Below, in pieces: positions 12,667 through 26,704 of a stretch of DNA of 64,000 bases (within the stretch, counting starts at the first letter, position 1; every line of letters starts with the position of its first letter). Below the pieces are notes generated by a model, which was not told the DNA's origin, made no database searches, and saw only the letters and a list, made by a program, of their open reading frames with translations. The position numbers and the translations under genes were made by a program. The stretch is from Octopus vulgaris (taxonomy: Eukaryota): assembly GCA_951406725.2 (NCBI GenBank), contig OX597831.1, positions 12,152,001 through 12,216,000 on the forward strand, written 5' to 3'.

Positions 12667-13546
12667 AGTTCAGCAAAATTTAGATTCAGATGAATATGGT
12701 ACTTAAGTTAAAGGCACCAGAATTTTGTATGGTATTATCCATATAAATCAAATGGGGTGATTATAATCAAATTCCTTGTTGCTTATTTTGAGTATATATA
12801 TATATATATGGATAGATAGATAGATAGATAGATACTCACACACACGCATTTATGTATACAGGCATGTCTGTGGGTTTGTGCCCAACCATATGGCTTAAGG
12901 TTCAGTTCCAGGGCACAGCACCTTGGGGAAGTATTCTCTACTATGAGAACACTTTTAGTTGACCAATGCATTTTGAAGGAATTTCTTAGATGGAAACTGG
13001 AAGAAGCTCATTGGAGAATTCATAATTACCAATTTTGAACTTCTGAAATGGCAGCTGGCACTAACAAGCTCTTACTACACTAGGATATATTCCATAAATT
13101 CTTTATATTGCCAGGGCAGCAGCAAGAATCTTTTGAAATTCACACAATAGGGAATGGTGAATATGTGGTTCTTTAGAATATATACCTTCAATGGGATTAA
13201 ACTTTAAAAGCCACAGTAAATGACACACAGACGGATAGAAGAGATGATAAACTAGATCTGCACATTGTGTTCTACCACCTTAGTGTCATCATATTGCTGT
13301 AGGTTGAGTTCATAATTTATAACAGTGAAATAAATATATAATAACTTTCCAAACATCTGAATGAATGAATGTTTGTGCATGCGTGTGTATGTGTGAGCAT
13401 CTAAGTGTGTATGTATGTGTGTGTGTATATATACAAACACCAAAAGATGTACATATACATACATGCGCATATACACATGAGTATATATATATACACATGT
13501 GAATATATATATATATATATATATATGCATTTCTCTATTTGATTTA

Positions 13547-13585
<39 letters not shown>

Positions 13586-14079
13586 CATATACACACACAC
13601 ACACATATGCATGCATATCTACATAGACATGTATACATATGCATATTTATATTTATCCACATGTACATAAACAGTTACGCATGTATAAGCACACACACAG
13701 ACCTAAGGATCATTTGCATATTTTTCTGTTTTATTATTGTATGATGGTCATGATTCCTCCACCCCTTACACACATAAAACATAGATATACATTTACACAC
13801 ATAGACATTATATATATACACATATACACACACCTATACACTTACATTTACATATACATGCAAGCATAGGTACACTCACAGAACCCTGAACATGATCCTT
13901 TATGTATTTTCCTGCTATATTTTACCCTCACATACATATACATAAATACATACATGTACATACACACACACACAGATCTCTAAAAAAAAATATAATTTGT
14001 TTTTCTATTCATATTTTTTCCTTCTGACATTCCAGTACAATTTCATTTTAAGTAAATCTCCCACAGATTATTATTATTA

Positions 14080-14135
<56 letters not shown>

Positions 14136-17100
14136 TGTTTCCTTTTACTGGAAGCACTCCTTCCATCTACAATTCTTATCAATACTTATTTATACCATAT
14201 ATGGGTTGGAAAAGATGAAAAAAATATATATATTTTCCTTCACATCCTAAACAGCACTTTTCTCTGTAAGGTAAAAAAAAAAAGAAAAATAAGTGAAAAA
14301 AATAAAAATCTGAAAATCAGTAGAGCCGTACCAGAAATCTATATTGGCTAGTTAAATTGATATATAGAGTAAGTCTAATTTTAGGATTGCCATTCAGCCA
14401 GTCAGCTCAGCTTTACTTTGGAAATTGATTGTAAGAAAAGAACCATGTGACTTGTCTATATTTAGCTCTGCTGTGTCTATTTTTAACCTGTTCTGTTGCT
14501 ATTCTCAGAGTTATAATCCTAAAATAGATTTTTTTCCCCATAGCAGATGACTATTAATATTTCTACAGTAGCAGCTATATCAAGAATTAATATCTTTGGC
14601 GAAAGCAGAACACTAGAAGTCAAAAATATCTTTAGTTATTCTTATTCAAGAACAATCCTTAATGTTAAACCTTTACACATGGTAAATTTTCTTTCTTTCC
14701 AGCTCTCCTGATCAGCATGACATTATAGGAAACTAATTTATTCCTCCCTCTCCATGTCTCTCCCTTTCTCTCTCTCTGTCTGCCCCCTCCCCACTCCTCC
14801 TTACTCTGCTATATTCCAAGACCCTCCCCTACTCCACCACCATAGGTCAAATTACAACAGAGCCAATAATAATGAGGGAATATCTTTTTCTTGTTCAGCC
14901 TGCTAGAAATAGCAGCTAAATTTTTATTTTCCAAGTAACAACCTACTCAAGTATACATTCCAGCATGTGTTTTGGTATCCAAGAGGTGCTAGTATAGAAA
15001 ACAGACTTTAAATGATGATAAATGATCCTTGTGAATTATTTTCCAAAAATATATGTGTTGTGAAATAATAAACCTGCTAGAAATAGCAGCCAAATTGTTT
15101 TTCATATCAAATCAGACATGGCTGTGTGGGTAAGAAATTTGCTTCTCAGCCTTGAGGCTTCTGGTTCAGTCTCAGTGCACAGTGTGTTGAGCAAGAGTCT
15201 AGTGTCTACCACCTACTTCAGCCCCAGGACAATCAAAGCCTTGTGAGTGTATTTGGTAGATGGCAACTGAAAAGGGCCCATCATATACATGTGTGTGTGT
15301 GTGTTGATATAGCATGATGGCTGTAAATGGGAATCCTTCATTTCTAGTCTTCCTTGAAAGACATGATTGGCCCTTGTAAAAATATGACCTTACTCGAAAA
15401 CAGTTGGATGGTGGCAACAGGAAATGGCAAAGGGCCTTCGAAATGTGCCACGAGAAATTCTCTCTGACCCAGGCAAGCATGGAAAAAAACAAGATGTCAA
15501 AACGATGATGATGGTGATCCAAACACTGTACTTTCCAACAAGTGTGTTGTGAAATAATTAACCTGCTAGAAATAGCAGCCACATCCTTCTTTTCTTTCTT
15601 TTTAAATTACATCCTATAGTAGTACTTTCCAACATGTGTGTTGTAGAATGGTATTGGTGTGTTGTGAAACTGAGAATGTTTCAGGTTTAATTTTTCATCT
15701 TTGGAGATTAATTAAAACTTAACATTTAATTAAAATTAACACTGATTATATTATCTGCAAGCATGGATGTGTTCTAGTTAATGGCTATATCATCATCATC
15801 ATCATCATCATTATTTACAGTTCACTTTTTTTCCTATCTTTGCTTGGTTTCAAGCAAGATAATATTTTCTCAAGGTCAGACATGGTTTTCAAGGAAGAAT
15901 GGAAACAAAACACCACTGCTTGTATGATGGTGATGCTTGTTTACAATCATCAATTGATGTCAAGACAAGTGTATACACACACACATTACATGTGCACACA
16001 TACACTCGCATGCACACTCACACACACACTCATATGCACTCACACACATACACACACAGATGTACACACAAGAGGTTTCTTTGAGTTCTTGTCCACCAAA
16101 TCCGTTCACAAGGTTTTGGTCGGCCAGGAACTATAGCAGAAGACATTTGTTTTAGGTGCTGCACAGTGGGACTGAACCTAAAACCAAACAGTTGGTAAGA
16201 AGCTTCTTAAACCACAGACCCATTCCTGCACTAATGAGGAGTTTCAGAAAAGTATATTTGTGATATGTCTGTTCAGTTTTAGTGAAATAAAAGTAGTTCT
16301 ACCATTCTTAGAAGGATGAAAAACACTAATTTTGCTTTTCTCTTTTAGTCCACTTCTGTGCAGGATTGACATTCATGGATATTACTGTGAGGGAAATGCT
16401 GCTGCAACAGACTGTTTGCTCGGTCTGACATTGGAGGCTTATGTCCATTAGGAGGATTATATCCATTAACCAGGTCCTGAAAGCTTTGCTTCCTGCTGTG
16501 TGGTAGCTCACGATTACAAGTAGAATTTGAATTTAAACCACAAAAAGCCAGAACAGAAACTGCTAGGCATCTTGTCTCATATTCTAACAATTCCATCAAC
16601 ACACCATCTTCGAATGATTCTTTAAATGCCAACTTCAAAAGGAAGAAAGACTAAGTTGATCGTGGCAGGATCTGAGCTCAGAGCACAACAAGCCACCACA
16701 AAAACCCTTAAAACAGTAGATCTGATGCTCTCATAATTTGTCATTGTTTAGGAAGCAACTGATGTACTGTCTTAAAAAGAATACGAAACTAAAAGCGACA
16801 TCAGATAATATATCACAAGATGCACTATATCTGCCAAAGAAAAGGTATGTTTATAGCTTGAATATCTTTCAATGTAGGTATGTTGGATCAGAGCTAAACA
16901 ACGACAGGAAATACAGCACCACCCACAGGTTGGTTGACCTGCTAAAGATAGTCGTTTCATCACTATAATAGAGTCTACTGTCTTCATAAAGGAAAGTGGT
17001 TTTGGATAATGTAGTATTAGATATATTGTTTTAAAAAGAAAGAAAAAGGAAAAAAAGACAGGATGGTCATAGCTGGAACACCTGTATTCATAGGATTTTT

Positions 17101-17259
17101 TGATCTTGGCTGACTTTAGAATTAAACAATAGCAACAACTGTAAGGCACTCGCTGAACTGTAAGCTATTGAACTCTCCACTATAAATGTAGTACTTCACA
17201 TGTTGTTAGCTTTACACGAACATTTAAAAGGGTACAGGAAATGGCATGAAGACTCTTGG

Positions 17260-17470
17260 AGACTGTATCTCTCCCCTTAGTTGCCCAGACTGTGCATTAG
17301 AGTTTGCAAAACAACAGCCGAGGGATTCAGGTCGGGAAGTTTGAGAACATTTTATATGTGAAGAACTTGTTCTTATTGCAGAATGTAACAAGCAAAGAAC
17401 TATTGAAGAAAGGGTATTAAACTCGAGGGAATGGTTAGAGTAGTGAATACATAGGTCCTCTTTTGGTTAA
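17260..17470 (+). mobile_element. Highly decayed non-LTR reverse transcriptase fragment
   Basis: ttatatg.tgaagaacttgttcttattgcagaa reads LY(A)EELVLIAE with one frameshift, resembling the RTE motif LYADDLVLIAE. Confidence 0.35.
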
Positions 17471-17937
17471 GGTGAACCATATATGTGTGGGTGGGGGTGA
17501 CGCAATTCTTGTGGAAGACTGACTGTCAGCTGACCATCAAGACTCCCCTTTATATAATTTGATATTTAACCAAAGGTAAAAGGCTACCAACTTGGGACGA
17601 TACACCTTGGCACCAGTGTTGCTGGAGGCATTACTGTCAGGATACAAAGAACCAAAAGTGATACAAGACATCTTATCCGATCCTCTGACAGTTCTGGCAA
17701 TCAACTGATATTTTATTGACCTCTTCCCCCACGAAAGGATGAAATGCAAAGCTGACCTTGGTAGGATCTCAACTCAGAGCAAAAACAGTCAGAATAAATA
17801 CGGAGAGGCATTCTTTATAATGCTCAAACAACTTGGCCAATTCGTCAGTTCTGTGTGGATGAAGATTATTTAGGGTAAGCAAAGAGCAGAAAGTTTAAGG
17901 AGCTATTGTAAGGACTTTATATATATATATAAGTATA

Positions 17938-17987
<50 letters not shown>

Positions 17988-18522
17988 CTTTATCTTTTAC
18001 TTGTTTCAACCATTTGACTGCAGCCATTGCTTTGAAGAGTTTTAGTTGAACAATTTGTCACCGGGACTTTATTCATTTTAAAAGTCTGGCATTTATTTTA
18101 TTGGTCTCTTTTGCTGAACTGCTATGTTCCAGGAATGTAAACATGCCAACATCGGTTGGCAAGAGGTGACAGGGGACAAACACTGACATATACATATATA
18201 CGACAGGATTATATATACAATTCTTGTCTCCTTGGCCCCAAGGCTGTATTTGATTTGACTGTTCATTCTCAACCACCATCCTAAATCACACTCTGTGTCA
18301 TTTTACTTGTTTTGTTTTGTTTGTTCTTGTCCATAATTCTCTGCAGAAAGCACAAAAAAAAATTTTTTTTTGCAAGCTCTGCCAATTGGGAAGCAATCAA
18401 GAGGTGCAAAACTGAACAGTACCGATTGGTCGATAACTGATGAAGAATTACAGACCATCTGGTTGTCTCCCGTTTGTTTTTACATTCAATATACATTGTC
18501 ATTTGTTTATACATTTTTCATT

Positions 18523-18557
<35 letters not shown>

Positions 18558-18767
18558 ATGTATATACATACATACATACATACATACATACATACATACA
18601 AATATATATATATACAATGGGCTTCTTCCAGTTTCTGTCTACCAAACAAACTCACAAGGCTTTAGAAGGCCTGATGACATAGGTAGGAGACACTTGCCCA
18701 AGGTGCCATGCAGAGGGACTGAACCTGTAACCATATGATTGGGAAACAAGCTTCTTACCATGCAGCC

Positions 18768-19075
18768 ATGGCACGTAAAAAGCACCATCCGATTGTGGCC
18801 ATTGCCAGCCTCGCCAGGCCCCGTGCCGGTGGCACGTAAAAAGCACCATCCGTCCGTGGCCGTCTGCCAGCTCTGTCTGGCACCTGTGTGGGTGGCACGT
18901 AAAAAGCACCCACTACACTCGCGGAGTGGTTGGCGTTAGGAAGGGCATCCAGCCGTAGAAACACTGCCAGATCAGACTGGGCCTGGTGCAGCCTTCTGGC
19001 TTCACAGACCCCAGTTGAACCGTCCAACCCATGCTAGCATGGAAAGCGGATGCTAAATGATGATGATGATGATGA
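18768..19075 (+). mobile_element. Family A (RTE 3' end), young subfamily, 2 modules
   Basis: Close match to 29420-29659 and to the reverse complement of 59794-60099. Confidence 0.88.
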
Positions 19076-19430
19076 TATATCTCATAACATTTCAAATATA
19101 TCAACTTTCACTCCAATATGAATTCCCAGCTTATCATAACACTTTTGCTATTATCTCTTAAATGAATATTTCATTGAAAACCAATTTCAAAGAACACACC
19201 AATAACGATAATAATAATAATAATAATAATAACAATAATAATAAGGCTTTCAGCGTATAAGCTATTTACATTTTAAAGATGATATTCAGAGATATGCAGA
19301 AGATGATGTTTATCAGTGGCCATTCCTTGTTAAGCTAAATCACAGTTATTTACGCAGAGGTATATATAAGACCTCTTTACAATTTCAAGTATGCTGTAGT
19401 GAGCAGGCTTGTTTACTCGTTTGAATGACA

Positions 19431-19462
<32 letters not shown>

Positions 19463-19501
19463 CTGTGCATACTTGTATACATACACATGCACATATATGT
19501 G

Positions 19502-19564
<63 letters not shown>

Positions 19565-19596
19565 TGTGTGTGTGTGTGTGTGTGTGTGTGTATGAG

Positions 19597-19811
19597 GAGG
19601 CGAGCTGGCAGAAACGTTGGCACACTGGGCGAAATGCTTAGTGGTATTTTGTCTGTCTTTACGTTCTGAGTTCAAATTCTGCCGAGGCTGACTTTGCCTT
19701 TCATCCTTTAGAGGTCGACAAATTAAGCACCAGTTGCATACTGGAGTCGATCTAATCAACTGGCCCCCACTCCCCACAAAATTTCGGGCCTTGTGCTTAG
19801 AGTAGAAAAGT
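19597..19811 (+). mobile_element. SINE family B, full length
   Basis: Head, B box, core and cccc...aaatttcgggccttgtgcttagagtagaaaag tail. Confidence 0.85.
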
Positions 19812-19893
19812 ATATATATATATATATATATATATGTCGTCTCTGTGGCGTTTCATGTTCTTGTCCATGTCTGTAATTATTTTTACTGTTTAC

Positions 19894-19926
<33 letters not shown>

Positions 19927-20025
19927 ATCATCATCATCATCGTTTAACGTCCGCTTTCCATGCTAGCATGGGTTTGACGATTTGGCTGAGGACTGGCATA
20001 TATGCATATATGCACACACACGCAT

Positions 20026-20076
<51 letters not shown>

Positions 20077-20301
20077 ATATACACACACACACACATATAT
20101 ATACCTCAGTCAAATCGTCCAATCCATGCTAGTATGGAAAGCAGACGTTAAACGATAATGATGATGATGACACACATATATGTATACAGATATACATATA
20201 CACACACAAACACATATACACACATATACAAATACATGTGTACATACATATGTAAATAACCACACATATATACAAACACAGATATTTAATACATATGCAT
20301 A

Positions 20302-20345
<44 letters not shown>

Positions 20346-22546
20346 ATATTATTTCAGAGAAATGAAATACTAAATAACTACTTTTATATTGTTATTGTAG
20401 CAGTGTTGTTAATAATATTGAGTGCAGAAATTAGTTAAGAGTGCTATATTTCAGTACAATGTCATCTCTCTCTCTCTCTTTCTCTGTCTGTCTGTCTGTC
20501 TCTCTCTCTCTAGCTTTATGTATTAAAGGCATTGCTAGCCTTCACTGACCAATTCATTGTCTGCAAGCAATTGTGAAATAGCACACGGAAGCAAGCTGAC
20601 ATTTTTATCTTAGGAAATGAAATGGAAAAATATATTTTTCTGCACCATGGTAACGATGTTATGACACTTGATTTTAACTTTCAACCAATATTACGGCACC
20701 AGCGTAAACAGTGTATAGATTATTAATTAGGCAGATAATTAATTTGCTGAAATATTGATTTTGAAACATAGGCACAAGGCCTCAAATTCTGGAGCAAGTA
20801 CTAGAGTTGATTGAGGGTTGATACTAGTTTTTGTGTGGTAGGTACTTGATTTTATTTTACTCCAGAATGGAAAGAGAGAAAAAGTTGATGTTGACAGGAT
20901 TTGAAACCAAAACGTTAAGAGGTGTAATTCAATAATGCAAGGCATATTGTCAGATGATGTAATAATAATCTTTTGTAATTTTGACACAAAGCCAGCAATT
21001 TCGAGGAGAAGGTCAAGTTGATTCACCGACCCAATAATTCACTGGTATCTTATTTTATTGACCCTGTTAAGATGAAGGGCAAAGTTAACCTTGGTGGTAT
21101 TTGAACTCAGAACCTAAAAAAGCCCAGAAAAAATACCACTAGACATTTTCTCTAATGTGCTAACGATTCTGCTTGCTTTATAATGATTCTACCAATCTCC
21201 TGACATAATTAACTGGAAATTTAATAAAATATATTCTATACCAAATACTGGTGTTATTTAAGAGTCAAAGAAGGGAATCTTGAGCTGTTGGAAATTACAA
21301 CTCAATATCCTTAAAACTACTCTGTGCCATTTCAGAAGGACATTCGGGATGATGTAGTGAGGTGTACATTGTACATGAAAATAGAAAAAGACAGGACGAT
21401 CATGGATGGAATGCCTTTCATCATAGATTTACTGAATTGGGATTGACCTGGGGTTAAACAATAATAACTGTTATGTTACATGAATTATTAAGAAAAGCTT
21501 TGGAAAATAGCAGCTTAATATTTCAGAAACAACACCCTACAATCCATAAATAAAATATCGCATGCAAGACAATATACTTTAGGGAAGGAGTTCCTAAACT
21601 TATTTTGGCATAGAACCTCTTAAATGATTCTCCCAAAATTGCTGAACCCATACTTATGGTCTCACAGCATGGCACCTTGAGCAGGTATTTTCTATGACCC
21701 CAGGTCAACCAAAGTTTGGCAAGTGGATTGTTTACCACCCACTGAGTTCAATATTTACTTTTGGTATGGTTTCTATCGTGAAATGCCCTTCATGACACCA
21801 ACTACTTTATGACATGTACTAGGTGCTTTTTTTTTTCTATCACCAGCACTGTTGAGGTTACCATGAGGTTACCATGCAGCTTGTAAGACGATGACTGCTG
21901 AAGGGGGTGGGGTTCAGTTTTATTGCAGCCTAACTGGAATCCATGGTGGTGGCATGTAAAAAGCACCATGTGAGCACGACCAACGCTGGTGCCGCCTGAC
22001 TGGTACCCATGCTGGTGGCATGTAAAAAAACACCTACTACACTCTCAGAATGGTTAGCATTAGGAAGTGCATCCAGCTGTAGAAACACTGCCAAATCAGA
22101 TTGGAGCCTGCTACAGTCTTCTGGCTTGCCAGTCCTCAGTTAAACCATTCAACCCATGCCAGCATGGAAAGTGGATATTAAGCAGTGATGATGATGATGA
22201 TGAATGAGGGTTAGAATAAAAGAGAAGAGTAGGAAGCAGATCAGATTGTGGCAGAAGAGCTACATGGTTATTCCCATTCAGAAGGAGAACAAGAGAGTAT
22301 GATCAGTAGGACCTGTGAAGAGATATATAAAAAGATTAGGTGTCCAGGTGGCCCCTTCAGGTATCAGGTAAGTAGGATTGGGTGGAAAACAATACAGAAC
22401 TAAACAGTATTTTGAACTGCAACAAAAAGAAAAAAACAAAAAAACAAAATCAAAAAACATCTGGAGTATGTCGTTAGTGATAGGAAAGCTAGAAAGAAAT
22501 AAAGTAATACACTGATACTCAATTATGATAAGATAAGCAATCTTAC

Positions 22547-22655
22547 CAGCGATGTGTAGGTAAAACCAATAACTTCTAAATAGCCATCATCATGTCTCGG
22601 TGTTTCAAATCCTAGCACATTTGGGTGGCCCCATGGTGTCGTCCCACCAGCATAT
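22547..22655 (-). CDS. DGKZ: DGK exon: [36 protein letters not shown]
   Basis: Lies inside ORF 22523..22708 and carries the [12 protein letters not shown] motif. Acceptor ttctcag, donor ctg|gtaaga, 109 nt, phase 2 to 0. Confidence 0.97.
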
Positions 22656-24264
22656 CTGAGAACATAAATATATAAATATAAATTTAATCCGAAACATACA
22701 GAATGCAAAATAAATATTGTGTAATATTGTCAAATATTCAACTTTAACAATGTTCAGTGAATATGGGAATATAGAAAATATATATGGTGATTATGCTATA
22801 GCTAGTTTTAACTCCAGCAGTACCACTTCAGTAAGTCATACAAACATGGTGAGGTACAACCAATGAGGGAAGCTTGTACATGGTCACAAGACTTGCTAGA
22901 AAGTGGGAGATTGATCTGAGAGAGCTTCAGTTGCAACCTGCAGCCAAAGCTCTCTCATTTCAAATCTGACCGTCTTTTAAAATAAGAAATACAATATCAG
23001 ATAACTCAGTCCTTGACACAGTACAACCGCAGAGGCTTCTATACATTTACTCATCTCCTAGAAATAATAGCCAAATTTCTCTCAATTTATACTCAAGTGT
23101 CTCCTAAAAAGAAGGAAGGGACTCATTAAACAATGTGGCCTTAGATACACAAAACATGAAGAAGGTCATAGCCAGAGCACCTTTGATCATGGATATTATG
23201 GTTTAGAACTATTTTCAGACAAATGCTCTCTCACACCCCATAAGAAAGTGATAGGGATAAGTTTGCAAGATCCACATGATCCTCTGGTGGGGTTGTCTCA
23301 TAATTTTTTTCTCTATGAGACATTTTGGGAGCCAGCACACGAAGGTTATTCAAGTATGGTACACTCAAAAAACATTTCTTTCTTCTATATTTTATCATTT
23401 CTTTTTAGATTTTCTTTTGAGTTTCACAATGGCGTCATACTGATTTTCATCACAGAATTAAAAAAACTGAAGAAAGAGAAAATATAATTAGCAAAAACAG
23501 AAGGTACTAAACAACCCACCAGTGAGTCAGAGATTAAAAAGAAAACACTATCAATTTGATCCTTGAATCAGTTGAAATTTACAGAAAAACGAAAGACAAA
23601 GACAGGTGTATAAACAACAAGCAGGTGTATTAGTATGATGCTCGGGAAGGTGAGAAAGTCTTGGAACACGAGGGAATAAACAGAGAGAGAATAAAAAGAG
23701 ATCCTTAAATTACATATGGTTCAGTGTAAATGGTATTCATATAAAAATTAATTAAAATATCATATTGGTACCTGTGACAAAATGAGAAATGAGGTTCAGG
23801 AGCTAATGTGTTAAAATACATAGAAGCTCTTTCACTGGTTTGTATTGTGTTAAAACAAACCGGTAACAATGAGAAATGCTACAGATCCTAATTAATACAT
23901 TAATATACAATGCTATAACCACATACATCCAAGCAAATGATGATGTCTCTTTATAGTCACTCAAGCTGTTAGATATAACAGGCAATCTATTTCAAATCTC
24001 ACCCCACAGACTTAAAAAAAAGAAGGACATATTGGATAATATAGTCAAGGACATACATAAAGTCTTTAATCACAGGTCTGCTTCAATCACAGGACTAACA
24101 TGAGTTAAACAACATGACCAGCAAGGTAAAATTTTCAGTTTATGATTATTCAAGCAGATAAACATTCACATATTCCTGCTTCCTGTAACTTTACCAAAGT
24201 CTCCTTTCTTAGACCCCCACCATTTTCTTTTGTTCTGCCTTTAATTGTTCCAACAATGCACCGT

Positions 24265-24663
24265 TTCGACCCTGTGCTTGAGGAGACCTATTGAGTCAAG
24301 TACATCAACATAAAAAATCAATGGAAATTGTAGTTGTGATCCCTGTGCCAGTGGCACATAAAAAGCACCATCCGAATGTGGCCAATGCCAGCGCCGCCTT
24401 GACTGGCTTCTGTGCCAGTGGCATGTAAAAAGCACCATCCGATCATGGCCATTGCCAGCCTTGCCTGGCACCTGTGCCTGTGGCACATAAAAATCACTCA
24501 CTACACTCACAGAGTGGTTGGCATTAGGAAGGGAATCCAGCTGTAGAAACATTGCCAGATCAGACTGGAGCCTGGTGTAGCCTTCTGGCTTCCCAGACCC
24601 TGGTCAAACCGTCCAACCCGTGCTAGCGTAGAAAATGGACATTAAACGATGATGATGATGATG
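24265..24663 (+). mobile_element. Family A (RTE 3' UTR) with upstream UTR and 2 modules
   Basis: Includes ggagacctattgagtcaagtacatcaac...ggaaattgtagttgtgat, also present in the ORF-bearing RTE copy at 44415-44480. Confidence 0.88.
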
Positions 24664-26310
24664 AATGCAGCATGGGTACCTGCCTGTATCTGTTCTATAA
24701 ACCAAGCAATTCCATTTTGCCCAAATTCCTTGTGTGGTCTCTGCTTCTAGCAGGAATTTATCATTTGCTATGTTTACATGTTTTAAATCAAACCTATTCT
24801 TCTTATTTTAAACAAATATCTTTTGAATTTCTTCAGAACATATTTCTCTAATGTAAATTCAGAAATCAATATTACAGCCTGTTACTAGAAATAACTGAAG
24901 GTCTTTTTCCATTTCCATATCTGTTACATTCATAAGAAATAAATAGAGTTTCATAATTAGACATTGTAGCAACAGTTGGGATTACATTTCTATTGGAGTA
25001 AATATGTAAATAGATTGGCAATTTTCGTTTTCTTACTTATTTAATATTTAAAGACAACACAGAAGATATTGATTTTTGAGATAAGTACAAAGTTGACAAA
25101 TGTTGGATGTGAGGTTTAATCAATCAATGAGTTTGAATTCATTTCTAATCTGGTGTTTATTCTATCAACTCTGAAAGGGTGAAACAATAAAGTTAAAACC
25201 TCAAGAGGATTCAAACTCAAAATGTGGAAAAAGATGAAGCGAATCACCAAAAGCAGTGAATTTGTCAAAGTTGTTAGAGAATAGGATAGAATGCTTTGTG
25301 GTATTTGTTTTGACTCTCTGCATCCAAAGTTCAATTCCTACCAAGGTCATTTTTGGTTTTGATTTTTCTTCTGGAGGGGTTGATAAAAAAAAGTACCAAT
25401 GCAGGGCAGTGGATTGAAGAGGAACTGTTAGAGAATTTGGGCTCTTTGTGTCCTGATAGAAATGCATGCCATGATGCTGGTGCCAAGCCATATTGGCTCA
25501 AGTTGACATCCTTTCCTTTGGCTAAATACCAGTGGTATGTATGGGTAATTACTAATCTTCCTTCAAAAAGAAAGGTCTGTGCTATTAAGAAACTTGCTTT
25601 ACAACCACAAGGTTTCAGGTTCAGTCCCACTGTATGGCATCTGGGGAAAATGTCTTCAACTATGGCTCCAGGTCAATCAATGCCTTACGAGTAAATATGG
25701 TAGATGGATACTATGTGGAAGCCTGTTGTAAGTGAGTGTATATACTTGTGTGTGTGTAGGTTTGTGTGTCTGTCTTGTCCCCCACCGCTGTCTGACAACT
25801 GGTGTTGGTTTGTTTATGTCCTCTTAACTGTCTGGCAAAAGAAACAGAATATACACCAGATTCAAAAATAAACACTGGGGTCAATTTGTTTGACTGAAAC
25901 CCTTCAAAGCAAAACCCCAGCTTGGTCACAGTCCAATGACTGAAACAAAAAGATGTGAAGACGACTAGTCAACCTCCTTGACTGAAGGACATCCAATTTA
26001 ATTAGCACATGACATTACGTCCACTGCTCACCTGACTTGGCCAGTCCATTATAATCTATCAGGCAACACTGGACATATTAATCTTTATAATGTCTTTGAG
26101 GTTTATTTTGCTATCATGTTTAGTATAATAATTACTTTAGTATGTTTATTAATTATACTAATCAGCAATCATATTTAGTATAATACAAGCATACCTCAGC
26201 TTATGTCAGTAATTAATTCCAAGATATGCAACTTTACTCAAAAACTGATATAAACACATAAAAACAGTAAAAAAATTTATTAGCTCCAATCTGTTTTAAT
26301 AAATGGTTTA

Positions 26311-26510
26311 TTCTTTTATATGTTTCAGTCATTTGACTGTGGCCATGCTGGAGCACCGTCTTTAGTCAAACAAATCTACCCCAGGACTTATTCTTTGTAA
26401 CCCTAGTACTTATCCTATTGGTCTCTTTTGCTGAACCGCTAAGTTACGGGGACGTAAGCACACCAACACCAGTTGTAAAATGGGGGGGGGGCACAGATAC
26501 AAATACACAC

Positions 26511-26545
<35 letters not shown>

Positions 26546-26704
26546 AGGCTTTTTCCAATTTCAGTCTACCAAATCCACTTACAAAGCTTTTGTTGTCCTG
26601 AGGCTATAGTAGAAGACACTTGCCCAAGGTGCTGCACAGTGGGACTGAACCTGGAACCATGAGGTTGTGAAGCAAGCTTCTTACCACACGGCTACGCCTG
26701 TGCC
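26311..26704 (-). mobile_element. tRNA-derived SINE family C, full length, with internal (TA)n
   Basis: Minus strand reads head gcacaggcgtagccgtgtggtaag, B-box-like ggttcagtccc, gcaccttgggcaagtgtctt, and tail cagcatggccacagtcaaatgactgaaac. Confidence 0.85.

Noticed and set aside
18425-18470. ctgatgaagaat in a PLE-like end
   Set aside because: No stem II or GAAA follows; at most a deleted relic.
20641-20656. RFX X-box-like ccatggtaac
   Set aside because: Only a half-site match, with no other support.
1-22546. Next DGK exon (expected GGHGER...QVDGEPC motif)
   Set aside because: Not found by eye. It probably lies beyond the window start; TBLASTN would settle this. Likewise the upstream LPLGTGNDL exon was not found in 52262-64000.
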